A stretch of DNA of 64,000 nucleotides from the NCBI GenBank assembly GCA_963766075.1, contig CAVYAN010000013.1:1-64000 (forward strand), given 5' to 3'. Of the stretch, positions 50,868 to 60,497 are shown in pieces. Every line of letters starts with the position of its first letter. The stretch's first letter is position 1. A program made the translations under genes and the position numbers. The notes below the pieces were generated by a model. It was not told the origin of the DNA. It did not search any database and was given only the letters and a program-made list of their open reading frames with translations. This DNA comes from an uncultured cyanobacterium. GTDB taxonomy: Bacteria > Cyanobacteriota > Cyanobacteriia > Leptolyngbyales > Leptolyngbyaceae.

Positions 50868-51269
50868 CTATGGAAACAACCCTAGGCGAATCCATAATTT
50901 CCGTGCGGCGACTTGAGTGGAACTGTTCATTTCCAAACAGTCCACTGTAACTTTTCCAACGGAAGTTATGCCAAGAATCTTGGCCGATTCAATTTCAATT
51001 TGAAAATGCTCGGTCCAGGGATTTTTTCTTGGATGAAAAAGATAAACTTCAACAGTAGAATCAGGCAGGATGCCACGGATGCGATTGCCTTTGCGGAGAT
51101 TGCAAGAGCGACAGGCCAGCGCTAGATTTGCTGCATCATTTTCACCTTGCCGAGAACTTGGGATAATATGCTCAACCTCAAATGGAAAATTGAAAACAAC
51201 CTCAGGCGCTTGGCAGTACTCACAACGATGATTGGTGCGTTCTGCAATCTCAGGATAATACGGATTCAT
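50868..51269 (-). CDS. HNH endonuclease
   Basis: RCEYC, EVEHIIP, NLALACRSCN and LFHPR..WTEHF motifs. Confidence 0.88.
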   Translation of the reverse strand: MNPYYPEIAERTNHRCEYCQAPEVVFNFPFEVEHIIPSSRQGENDAANLALACRSCNLRKGNRIRGILPDSTVEVYLFHPRKNPWTEHFQIEIESAKILGITSVGKVTVDCLEMNSSTQVAARKLWIRLGLFP

Positions 51270-51628
51270 GCAGTTCCTGGCTGAATCAATGTGGCAGTGC
51301 GTGCCGTTGCTGCTTTCAATTCAGCTTCAATTAACCCCTCTAACTCGGTCTGTTGTTCAGGTAACAAGGATTGTTCTTGATCTCGCGCTAGCCGCCATAG
51401 ACTCATTAACTCTGATAATCGTTTTTGTTGATCAGCGCTGAAAAAGCGATCAGGGCGAAAGCTTTGAATTAGCAGGAGCGCACTGAATTCAGCTTCATCC
51501 AATTGGACAGTTAACGCATCTAAGGCTTGACCCGCAGTTTTGCCAACGGAGTGTTTATCCCCCGCAATGGCACGATAGGATGTCTCACCGCTGGCATCAG
51601 AGATAGGCAAGATTGCGACTGTAGTCAT
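51266..51628 (-). CDS. Small hypothetical protein coupled to the HNH gene (possible antitoxin/partner)
   Basis: ATGA overlap with the HNH gene; GKTAGQALDAL motif and an acidic helical C-terminus. Confidence 0.7.
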   Translation of the reverse strand: MTTVAILPISDASGETSYRAIAGDKHSVGKTAGQALDALTVQLDEAEFSALLLIQSFRPDRFFSADQQKRLSELMSLWRLARDQEQSLLPEQQTELEGLIEAELKAATARTATLIQPGTA

Positions 51629-51732
51629 GTTTCCAGCTTCAGACGAATATCCCACATTATAGTCCTCTTAAGGGCTTTGTGAGGGATCCACCTAGCCCAC
51701 AGATATGCCATACAGTCCAAAGTCCCGATCCA

Positions 51733-52887
51733 TTACAAAACCGTCGTGTGGCTGGAATACTGACGTTTGATACCAAAGTAGGTTTTCCAGTGGTGCCAAG
51801 CGCGTTGGCCTGTAATTAGCTCTTCGGCATAGGCGGATTGAGTGAATAGGGGGAATGGAGTCGTATCGACACCGATGCCTGTCCGCAGGCGTTCCCGCCG
51901 CTGATCGGCTAACCAATCGTTGTAGCTTTCATACACAATATGGCCATCGGGGGCATCTAAGGTAGCCGCCCGAATGCGTGCATCTAACTCCTCGTAGCGT
52001 TGTTGCTCAGCAGTCGAGAGGACCAGTGGCTCGACCTCGACCTCATACCCCAGTTGCGTCAATTCTGCTCCCGCGACACCCGCGAAGATGCGCTGATCGC
52101 GAAGACTCAGCAGATCTTTGTAGAGGCCGATGTAGCGATCGCTAATGGGATGTCCGAGCGGCCTATGATCCCGTGCCTGGGCCCGACGTTGGGCAATATC
52201 CGTTTGGTGAAACTCCAGCATGACTGGATCGTAGGGTTCACCCAAAAAGTGACATACGGTTTGGATCGTTTTCTCTGGCTCACGCACCAGGGTTTCATAG
52301 CGCACATCCAGCCATTGATGACTGGATAGCTTTTCCCGCCAGGGCTTAACCGTATCCTGGCAGAGTTGCCAAATTGTGGCGGCACTGTAGATATTCGTGG
52401 GGCCAAAGGAGGATTCCAGATATTCAGCACTGACATCACGGCCATCGCGGGTCAAGTAAATGAACTGAGCATTGGGAAAATCACTCAGAATGGCATCGAT
52501 AAAAAACAAGTTGAAGGGCGTCTTTTCGCCCCAGCGGGGTTTGCCTTTGTAATCGGCATACCAGCCCAACACGGCGGCGTATAGCCCACCAAAGCTTAGC
52601 TCCGGCAGGTGTTCCAGAATTTCATCCACAATAGTTCTGGGATTCACCGGCACGCCCCAAAAGGGTGTCTTTAGTCCAAAAATTAGCTCTTCGGTTAAGG
52701 TGCGCAAGCGATCGGGGTCGGATAAATCCCCATAGGTATGCAGATAGGGATAAAAGCGCGGGTAGAACCAGGCAACTTCGGGCACGGCTATGCGGGGATG
52801 GCAGCCGAGAATTGTCATTAGCAGGGTGGTGCCCGATCGCTCGGCTCCAATAACAAAAATCGGTGGGTCAGACAATTGAATCGTCAT
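51733..52887 (-). CDS. Sulfotransferase-family protein
   Basis: 5'-PSB loop IGAERSGTTLL, WGEKTP, 3'-PB RDGRDV and VRYETLV..PE motifs. Confidence 0.88.
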   Translation of the reverse strand: MTIQLSDPPIFVIGAERSGTTLLMTILGCHPRIAVPEVAWFYPRFYPYLHTYGDLSDPDRLRTLTEELIFGLKTPFWGVPVNPRTIVDEILEHLPELSFGGLYAAVLGWYADYKGKPRWGEKTPFNLFFIDAILSDFPNAQFIYLTRDGRDVSAEYLESSFGPTNIYSAATIWQLCQDTVKPWREKLSSHQWLDVRYETLVREPEKTIQTVCHFLGEPYDPVMLEFHQTDIAQRRAQARDHRPLGHPISDRYIGLYKDLLSLRDQRIFAGVAGAELTQLGYEVEVEPLVLSTAEQQRYEELDARIRAATLDAPDGHIVYESYNDWLADQRRERLRTGIGVDTTPFPLFTQSAYAEELITGQRAWHHWKTYFGIKRQYSSHTTVL

Positions 52888-52926
52888 GGGTCGTTTTCCG
52901 GGTTGAGAAGGGTTGTCTCCAGAGCA

Positions 52927-53923
52927 CTAGCTCAGTTGCGATGCGGCTTGTGCTCTGGTGTGAATTGCATCGATCGCCCGCTGGGCATAGATCGACACCT
53001 CGCGATCGGGATCATCCAACGCTTGTTGCAGGGCGTTGAGGGCATCGGCGTTGCCGAGTTGGCCGATCGCGATCTGTGGCTTCCTTCCGCACATCTGAAA
53101 ACTCATCCGCCAATGCTTGAATCAATGCCTGAATCAGATCGGGTAATAGGTTATTACTGAGCGGTTTTTGGGGCGTTTTTTGCAATGCTTGGAGGACAAA
53201 CTTGCGCACCTGCCAATGGGCATCCTGGAGAGCGATCGCCAGCGCTGGTAGGGCCTCTGGATGCGCCTGGATGGCCAAGGACTTAGCCGCATTGCGCCGC
53301 ACCTGCCAATCCGTATCCGAGGTCACCGCCTGACTCAACTGGGCAATCACGCCCTCATCACTCAAATGCCCCAAGGTCAGCACCACCTCCCGCCGCACCG
53401 TCGCCTCCGGATCTGCGAGTAAATCAAACACCGGAGGACAGAGATCGACCTGATTGAGATAGCGTAAAGTAGTCACCGCCGCTGCTCGCAACTCCGGATC
53501 GGCAGATTGAAAAAAGGGCAGAATGGCAGGCAATGCCTGGATATCGTGAATCTTGCGCAACAGAATGAGAATACTTTTCTGTGCGAGGGGGTGTTGCAAG
53601 CTGTCTAGCAATAACAACAGATGATCCGAGGTAATCAATTCTCCTAAAGCTGACTGGGCAACATCCCGAATTTCGGCATCCTCCGAGGCCAAACTGGCGA
53701 GTAACGCGGGCACGGCTTCGGGGTTGGCGAACTCCCCCAACACAGCGATCGCCAATTTTTGGACTCCCAGATCTGGATCCTGAAGGGCCGTTATGACGGG
53801 CGCGATCGCCGCATCATCCGCCAGATGCTGCAGGGTTTTGAGGGCGACTAGGCGATCGCTGACCGTGGGCGATCTTAACAGTTCTATCCAGGGAGTCAGT
53901 TCGTCATTAAGGGCGATCGACAT
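52927..53923 (-). pseudogene. HEAT-repeat protein with a +1 insertion (~53074) near the 3' end
   Basis: Repeats ..DxDxxVRxxAxxaLG. The last repeat IAIGQLGNADALNALQQALDDPDREV continues in the shifted frame to TAG at 52927. Confidence 0.82.
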
Positions 53924-53968
53924 GATGTTGGCTCAAGAAATTTGGCTCAAAAAGTTTGGCTCAAGAAA

Positions 53969-54196
53969 TTACCTCAAAAGAAAGGGAATTTGCACCGTGA
54001 TGGCATTAGTGGGACACTCTTTTTCACAGGGCAAACAGAACCAGCATTCGTCGTATTTCATGTAAGCTTTGCCCGTTTCGGGGTCTTTAGCCAGCACATC
54101 CAAGGGGCAGACCTCAATACAGGCCGTGCATTTCTCTAAACATTTCGATTCATCGACAATGACGGGAACATCGACCCGTTGCGTTGCTAATGCCAT
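53969..54196 (-). CDS. 2x[4Fe-4S] ferredoxin (AprB/AsfB-like)
   Basis: CLEKCTACIEVCP and CWFCLPCEKECP motifs. Confidence 0.9.
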   Translation of the reverse strand: MALATQRVDVPVIVDESKCLEKCTACIEVCPLDVLAKDPETGKAYMKYDECWFCLPCEKECPTNAITVQIPFLLR

Positions 54197-54298
54197 AACT
54201 AAAAAGATTTCCTTTGGTTCATAATTTACTCCAGGGGACATTACACTAGACGTTTGCCAACTGAATGCCCTTTGTCTCTTTCTTAATTTGCATCCTCC

Positions 54299-56044
54299 TT
54301 ACCGAGCGGCGACATCATAAACTTCCGTTTGAATATCAACATCGACTACATAGGGTTCAACGGGACGCTTGAGTAACACCATATTGCCCGATGCATCCTG
54401 TTGCAAATTGACATGGCAAAACCACTCTTCATTGTTCTTTTCAGGATAATCGACTCGATAGTGATACAGTCCCCAGCGACTTTCACGCCGATAGAGCGAC
54501 GCCCGCGCCGCCATTTCAGCACAATCTCGAATGAAATGTACCTCCATACAGCGCATTAATTCATGAGGATCCCGTGCCCCCATTTGATCCAGAGTTTCGT
54601 GATACCGGACAAAATTATTCAACCCAATTTCCATTTTGTTCGTGACCTTGGGCGGCTGCAGATAATCATTCACCAAACGCCGCAGTTTATACTCCACTTG
54701 GGTATGGGGAATCCCATTCGGTCGAGTCAGAGGCGCATAGACCCGCGTTTTTTCGGTTTCTAGAGCCTCCGGATCTGGCTCTTGATGTTCCAAATCTTGC
54801 AAATACTGCACCGCATGCTCCCCCGCCAAGCGACCAAACACAAAGGCCCCAATCATGTAATTGTGCGGCACGCTGGCGAGATCCCCGGCGGCATACAGTC
54901 CTGGCACCGTGGTTTCGGCGTTTTCGTTCACCCACACCCCGGAGGCGCTGTGACCGCTGCACAGGCCAATTTCGGAAATGTTCATTTCGATGCTGTGGGT
55001 GCGATAGTTTTCACCCCGTCCAGCATGAAAGCGATCGCGACTCGGACGCTCATTCGCCCACAAAATCGACTCGATTTCAGCGATCGTATCTTCATCTAGA
55101 TGGGTCATTTTGAGCTGGATCGGGCCTTTACCGGAGTTGAGTTCTTTCCAAACCTCCAGCATCATTTGCCCGCTCCAATAATCGCAATTGATGAAGCGGT
55201 AGCCTTCGGCATTGGCGGTATAAGCCCCAAACGGCCCCGCCACATAGGCACAGGCTGGCCCGTTGTAGTCCTTAATCAAGGGATTAATTTGGAAGCATTC
55301 AATATTCGTCAGTTCCGCACCTGCGTGGTACGCCATCGAGTAGCCATCGCCAGCATTGGTAGGGTTTTCGTAGGTGCCATACAGATAGCCAGAGGCTGGC
55401 AATCCTAGGCGGCCACTGGCTCCTGTGCAGAGGATGACGGCTTTGGCTTGAATGATCACGAAGTCGCCACTGCGGACATCAAACCCCACGGCTCCGATCG
55501 CCCGTCCCCCTTGCACCAATACCCGTGTGGCCATCACCCGATTGGTCACGCGAACTTTATGCCGTTTGACTTGGCGCGTCAAAATCGTTTTTAGATCTTT
55601 CCCCTCGGGCATGGGTAATACGTATTTCCCCACCCGATGCACTTGTTTGACATCGTAATTGCCCTGGGCATCCTTTTGAAACTGCACCCCCCAGCTTTCT
55701 AGTTCCTGGATGGTTTCGTAGCCTAGTTTTCCGGTTTGTAAGACAGCTTTTTGGTGCAGGATGCCATCATTGGCGATCGTCACTTCTCGCGTATATTTTT
55801 CCGGCGTGGAATGCCCCGGAATCACGGCAGTGTTCACGCCATCCATACCCATGGCGATCGCGCCACTGCGGCGGATATTGGCCTTCTCCAAAATCAGCAC
55901 ATCGGTGTCAGGATTAGCCTGTTTTGCCTTAATCCCCGCCATTGTGCCCGCTGTGCCACCGCCAATCACCAAGACATCGGTTTGGACCCGTTGCGTCTTG
56001 ATCGCCAGATCAGGGATAGAAAGAGGATGAATGGACTGCGACAT
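54299..56044 (-). CDS. FAD flavoprotein of the fumarate reductase/APS reductase family (AprA/AsfA-like)
   Basis: IGGGTAG, RSGAIAMGMDGVN (compare AprA RSGAVAQG), PGLYAAGD and RRESRWG..HYRVDYP. No SdhA covalent-FAD SHT motif. Confidence 0.85.
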   Translation of the reverse strand: MSQSIHPLSIPDLAIKTQRVQTDVLVIGGGTAGTMAGIKAKQANPDTDVLILEKANIRRSGAIAMGMDGVNTAVIPGHSTPEKYTREVTIANDGILHQKAVLQTGKLGYETIQELESWGVQFQKDAQGNYDVKQVHRVGKYVLPMPEGKDLKTILTRQVKRHKVRVTNRVMATRVLVQGGRAIGAVGFDVRSGDFVIIQAKAVILCTGASGRLGLPASGYLYGTYENPTNAGDGYSMAYHAGAELTNIECFQINPLIKDYNGPACAYVAGPFGAYTANAEGYRFINCDYWSGQMMLEVWKELNSGKGPIQLKMTHLDEDTIAEIESILWANERPSRDRFHAGRGENYRTHSIEMNISEIGLCSGHSASGVWVNENAETTVPGLYAAGDLASVPHNYMIGAFVFGRLAGEHAVQYLQDLEHQEPDPEALETEKTRVYAPLTRPNGIPHTQVEYKLRRLVNDYLQPPKVTNKMEIGLNNFVRYHETLDQMGARDPHELMRCMEVHFIRDCAEMAARASLYRRESRWGLYHYRVDYPEKNNEEWFCHVNLQQDASGNMVLLKRPVEPYVVDVDIQTEVYDVAAR

Positions 56045-56116
56045 GATTCTCCTAGGGTAAACACACCGATAGAACGGGCAACTTGCTGGGCCGATGAGTT
56101 GCCCGTTTCACAACAT

Positions 56117-57196
56117 TTAAGAAGCGCCTTTCCAGATGGCATCCTCAATCTTGATCGGTTTCGGAATCAGCTTGATGGCTTGAAATGTATCAGCGATCTT
56201 TTGTTGATTGCTAATCACCTCTGGTGTGAGCGGGAGTACGCCATATTCCCGGCGCTTTTCGGCCTTTTCCAAAATAGCGGCATCAATGCCTAGTTCTGGA
56301 GCTAGGAATTTAGCCACCTCTGCCGAATTTGTTGCAGCCCAACTACTTTCTTTTTTCACTTCATCCAGAACCTGCTTCAGGGCTGCCGGGGACTTATCGA
56401 CAAAGGACTGCGCGGCGAGATAGTACCCTCGGTTAGGGGCTAGCCCGGTTGCATCCACCAAGACACGCGCATTGGCTTGGGCTTCCGCCGCTGCTAGGTA
56501 GGGATCCCATATCGCCCAGGCATCAATATCCTTCCGCTCAAAGGCTGCGCGTGCATCCGCTGGCTTGAGAAAACTGAATTGAATATCCTCGGGTTTGAGA
56601 CCTACCGATTGCAGTGCACTCACGATCAAATAGTGCGTGTTCGAGCCTTTAGCCACGCCTACCTTTTTGCCTTTTAAATCCGTAAGGGTTTTGAGGGGAG
56701 AGTCCTGGGGCACCACGATCGCCTCGGCCTTCGGACTCCAGGGATCGTAGGCTACGTAACGCACAGGCACACCCGTCGCTTGGGCAATAATCGGCGGGGA
56801 TTCGCCTGTGTAGCCAAAGTCCACCGAACCTGCATTGAGAGCTTCCAGCATAGGCGGCCCCGCCGGAAATTCAGTCCAGGTGACTTTGGTCCCTGATGCG
56901 GCAAAGGCTTTTTCTAGGCTCTGCTTGGTTTTCAACGAACTGAGGATGGTCGCGGCTTTTTGATAACCGATGCGCACCGTAGTGGCGCTGGTTGCGGCAC
57001 TCGAAGCTGCGGGTGAAGCGGAGGGTGAAGCCGCCGTGGGAGTCGGGGTATTAGAAGAACAGGATGAGACAATGAGGCTCAAACTCAGGCCGATCGCAAA
57101 AAAGTAGGTCAATGAGCGTCCGGAGAGTGACGAAAATTGATTCCAGATGAATTTGAGTGTGTTGAACAGGGAACGAATCTTGAATTGAGTAAACAC
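56117..57196 (-). CDS. ssuA: Aliphatic sulfonate ABC substrate-binding lipoprotein
   Basis: Lipobox VSSC, RIGYQK, EFPAGPPMLEALNAGSVDFG, KGS and WAIWDPY motifs. Confidence 0.92.
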   Translation of the reverse strand: MFTQFKIRSLFNTLKFIWNQFSSLSGRSLTYFFAIGLSLSLIVSSCSSNTPTPTAASPSASPAASSAATSATTVRIGYQKAATILSSLKTKQSLEKAFAASGTKVTWTEFPAGPPMLEALNAGSVDFGYTGESPPIIAQATGVPVRYVAYDPWSPKAEAIVVPQDSPLKTLTDLKGKKVGVAKGSNTHYLIVSALQSVGLKPEDIQFSFLKPADARAAFERKDIDAWAIWDPYLAAAEAQANARVLVDATGLAPNRGYYLAAQSFVDKSPAALKQVLDEVKKESSWAATNSAEVAKFLAPELGIDAAILEKAEKRREYGVLPLTPEVISNQQKIADTFQAIKLIPKPIKIEDAIWKGAS

Positions 57197-57276
57197 CTTG
57201 AAGCTCCTAAGAACAATGTATTAAGCAGGTTGAAGGGGATGTTGAATCTCCAGTTGAATCTCCATAGGCTCTAGTC

Positions 57277-57843
57277 CTAACTGGCGAGGAGCAGCGGTTC
57301 AGCAACTGGGGCGGAGGGTTGCACCGCTGCGATAAATTCCTGCAAAGACTGTTGCAACCGCTGCTCAATTTCTTCCTCAAGCTGAATACTGCCGTCTTCC
57401 TGCTTCTGAATCTGCTTGTCGATCGCGTACACCGTGGTAATAAACTGCCGCGCACCCAATTCAGACAAAACGGGCTTGAGGGCATAATCGATCGCTAAGA
57501 AGTGCGCCAGTGTCCCTGCAGTGGCGATCGGGAAAATTACTTTTCCGACCAATGCTTTTTGGGGAAACAGATCCAGCAAGGCTTTGAGGACTCCGGTATA
57601 AGCCGCTTTGTAAATGGGAGTTGCAATAATCACGCCATCGGCTTGGGCGAGCAACTGCTTAAGCTTTTCCAGGGCAGGGCTGTCGTATTGTCCGTAGGCC
57701 AACACCTCGGCAGGGATATCCCGCACGGACAAAATCTCTGTTTGTATACCCGCTGCGTGCAATTGCCGTGTGGCGTATTCCAACACACTGTAGGTGCGGG
57801 AGGGATGGGTTGGGCTGCCTGCGATCGCTAAAATAGTCGTCAT
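57277..57843 (-). CDS. ssuE: NADPH-dependent FMN reductase
   Basis: AGSP..PSRT, ATPIYKAAYTGVLK and HFLAIDYALKPVL motifs. Confidence 0.93.
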   Translation of the reverse strand: MTTILAIAGSPTHPSRTYSVLEYATRQLHAAGIQTEILSVRDIPAEVLAYGQYDSPALEKLKQLLAQADGVIIATPIYKAAYTGVLKALLDLFPQKALVGKVIFPIATAGTLAHFLAIDYALKPVLSELGARQFITTVYAIDKQIQKQEDGSIQLEEEIEQRLQQSLQEFIAAVQPSAPVAEPLLLAS

Positions 57844-57989
57844 GAGAACACCTGATTTCGTAAATTAGAGCAATGAGTTCGAGCTATGAGGTTAGTGACA
57901 TTCAATCGATGAGATTGCGCCAGTCATTAGAGATTGATCGAACCCATCGAGCCAGAGGATCTAGGGGATACAGACTCAATCAACCGTGC

Positions 57990-59150
57990 TCAATCAACCG
58001 TAGTTAGCGGCTGCAACGATGGTGATGGGGGAAAAGTTTCATTGGCAACCACTTCGCCAAACGGACTGAATAGGACTTGCCGCTCTAATTGCGGTTGATG
58101 TTCTAGCGGTAAATGGGGGAACAACAGTTCAGCGACACGATAGGCTTCCTCCAGATGGGGATAACCCGACAGAATGAACGTCTCAATTCCCAAGTCGCGA
58201 TATTCTTGCAACCGCGCCGCAACGGTTTCAGGATCGCCTACCAGCGCTGTTCCGGCCCCACCCCGGACCAATCCCACCCCAGCCCAAAGGTTAGGACTGA
58301 TTTCCAAAGCTTCCCGATTGCCACTGTGGAGTTGGGTCATTCGGCGTTGCCCTTCCGAGTCCATCCGGGCGTAGGCTTTTTGCGCGGTGGAGATCGCCGT
58401 CTCATCCACATACCGAATCAATTGATTGGCGGCATCCCAGGCTGCGGATTCCGTTTCCCGAACAATGATGTGCAGCCGAATGCCAAATCGCAGAGTCCGA
58501 CCTGCGGCCGCGGCCCGTTGCCGCACCGCCTCTATCTTTTCCGCTACTTGGGCAGGTGCTTCGCCCCAGGTGAGGTAGACATCCACATGTTTGGCGGCGA
58601 TGTCCTGGGCAATGGGCGAAGACCCGCCAAACCAGAGAGGCGGATGGGGCTGCTGTAGCGGTGTAAATAGGAGCTTCCCTCCCTGCACATCCAGATAATC
58701 GCCCTTAAAGTTAGACTCTTTCCCCTGGGAAATTTCTCGCCAAACCGTGAGAAATTCATCGGTGAGGCGATAGCGATCGTCATGACTGAGATGGACCCCA
58801 TCTCCTGCCAATTCAACGGGATCACCACCGGTAACGACATTAATGAGTAACCGCCCCCCAGTCAGACGATCAAAGGTTGCTGCCATCCGTGCCGCGACAC
58901 CGGGAGACATCAAGCCGGGACGAATGGCCACCAAAAATTTCATCTGAGTGGTATGAGCGGCCAAATAGGACGCCACCACCCAGGCATCCTCACAGGAGCG
59001 GCCTGTGGGGAGCAACGCCCCTACGTAGCCGAGGCGATCAACAGCTTGGGCAATCTGGCGGAGATAGGTGGCATCAGTCGAACGCCCCCCAATCCCAGTT
59101 CCCAGATAACGACCGTCTCCATGAGTGGGAATAAACCAAAAAACTTGCAT
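57990..59150 (-). CDS. ssuD: FMNH2-dependent alkanesulfonate monooxygenase
   Basis: [43 protein letters not shown] and SGYPHLEE motifs. Confidence 0.96.
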   Translation of the reverse strand: MQVFWFIPTHGDGRYLGTGIGGRSTDATYLRQIAQAVDRLGYVGALLPTGRSCEDAWVVASYLAAHTTQMKFLVAIRPGLMSPGVAARMAATFDRLTGGRLLINVVTGGDPVELAGDGVHLSHDDRYRLTDEFLTVWREISQGKESNFKGDYLDVQGGKLLFTPLQQPHPPLWFGGSSPIAQDIAAKHVDVYLTWGEAPAQVAEKIEAVRQRAAAAGRTLRFGIRLHIIVRETESAAWDAANQLIRYVDETAISTAQKAYARMDSEGQRRMTQLHSGNREALEISPNLWAGVGLVRGGAGTALVGDPETVAARLQEYRDLGIETFILSGYPHLEEAYRVAELLFPHLPLEHQPQLERQVLFSPFGEVVANETFPPSPSLQPLTTVD

Positions 59151-59335
59151 GGTTCCTTGAAAGCCCTATGTAGAACTAAAACGTTGTGTAGAACGCTGTG
59201 AATCGATAGGTTACGGGGTGCGATTCCCCGATGGAGAAGCTTCGCCAATACCCCCTTCGCCAATGCCCCAATGAAATGAAACAAACCCATCTCGGCAAAG
59301 TTTCGAGCTTTACACCAAGTTCGAGCCTTGACTCA

Positions 59336-59367
59336 AACTACTGTAACTTGATCGGGTTACAGTAGTT
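59336..59367. promoter_or_regulatory. Putative sulfur-regulon box 4 (perfect 12-bp arms), upstream of the ssuD operon
   Basis: AACTACTGTAAC-TTGATCGG-GTTACAGTAGTT. Confidence 0.75.
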
Positions 59368-59623
59368 GTTGCGACTAGGAGTATGTCACAGATCCTCTAG
59401 ACACACAAGTACTTCCGAAATTTTGACAGTTTCGAGATTTTTCCTGGCTAGGGTAAGGCCTGCGGTTTACTCTAGCCAGCCATTAGGTCTGCACAAATCC
59501 TTCATCAGGTCTGTCCAAACGCTTCAGACATCATCTGTTTCGTGGCCATGATGGGCTACCAATTTTGGTTACCAAATTACTTGCAATCACTCCGTTGATG
59601 TGCGAAACTCCTGTGTTACAGGC

Positions 59624-59655
59624 AAGTACGGTATCTCGATAAAGTTTTCGTACTT
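59624..59655. promoter_or_regulatory. Putative sulfur-regulon box 5, upstream of ssuC
   Basis: AAGTACGGTATCTCGATAAAGTTTTCGTACTT (TAC-N20-GTA). Confidence 0.7.
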
Positions 59656-59669
59656 TGTGCAGGCTAATT

Positions 59670-60494
59670 ATGGCAACTCCCCTTTCCTTTCCTAGCTCTC
59701 GGTTTTCTTTCGCGCGCACCGTATTACACGGGCTACCTCTCAATGCTGTGGTGCCGTGGGGCATTCCCTTTCTGTTCATTGTGTTCTGGCAATTATTGGT
59801 ACAGTTCGGTTGGATTTCCACTCGTGTATTGCCATCTCCAACGGCTGTGATCCAGGCCGGTCTGCATTTAGCCAGTACCGGCGAGCTAGTGCAGAATGTT
59901 AAGGTGAGTGCATTGAGAGCGCTGATTGGGTTTGCGATCGGGGGATCAATTGGCTTTATTCTAGGGTTGCTCAATGGTACGTTTCATCTGTCCGAACGTT
60001 TGTTAGACACGTCGGTGCAAATGCTGCGAAATATTCCGCACTTAGCTATGATTCCGCTGGTGATTCTCTGGTTTGGGATTGGTGAGGAAGCCAAGATTTT
60101 CTTAGTGGCCATAGGCGTACTTTTCCCAATTTATCTCAATACCTTCCATGGGATTCGTACCGTTGATGCCGGGTTGTTAGAGATGGGAAAAGTGTATGGG
60201 TTGAAACCGCCAGAGCTATTCTGGCAGATTGTTTTGCCCAGTGCGCTGCCTTCTATTTTGGTTGGCGTTCGCTATGCCCTTGGCATCATGTGGTTGACAC
60301 TGATTGTGGCGGAAACGATCGCTAATGATGCGGGCATTGGTTATATGGCCATGAACGCGCGGGAGTTTCTGCAAACGGATGTTGTGGTCTTTAGCATTTT
60401 GCTGTACGCCCTACTGGGGAAGATGGCAGACGCGATCGCGCGGTGGTTGGAAGCACGGTTGCTGCAATGGCATCCCAGTTATCAGGAGGGTTAA
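59670..60494 (+). CDS. ssuC: Aliphatic sulfonate ABC permease
   Basis: LRNIPHLAMIPLVILWFGIGE, LPSALPSILVGVR and GIGYMAMNAREFLQTD motifs. Confidence 0.93.
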   Translation: MATPLSFPSSRFSFARTVLHGLPLNAVVPWGIPFLFIVFWQLLVQFGWISTRVLPSPTAVIQAGLHLASTGELVQNVKVSALRALIGFAIGGSIGFILGLLNGTFHLSERLLDTSVQMLRNIPHLAMIPLVILWFGIGEEAKIFLVAIGVLFPIYLNTFHGIRTVDAGLLEMGKVYGLKPPELFWQIVLPSALPSILVGVRYALGIMWLTLIVAETIANDAGIGYMAMNAREFLQTDVVVFSILLYALLGKMADAIARWLEARLLQWHPSYQEG

Positions 60495-60497
60495 TCC

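Noticed and set aside
54299..56044. Succinate dehydrogenase/fumarate reductase subunit A (sdhA/frdA)
   Set aside because: It lacks the covalent-FAD histidine motif, and the partner is a small 2x[4Fe-4S] ferredoxin rather than SdhB plus membrane anchors.
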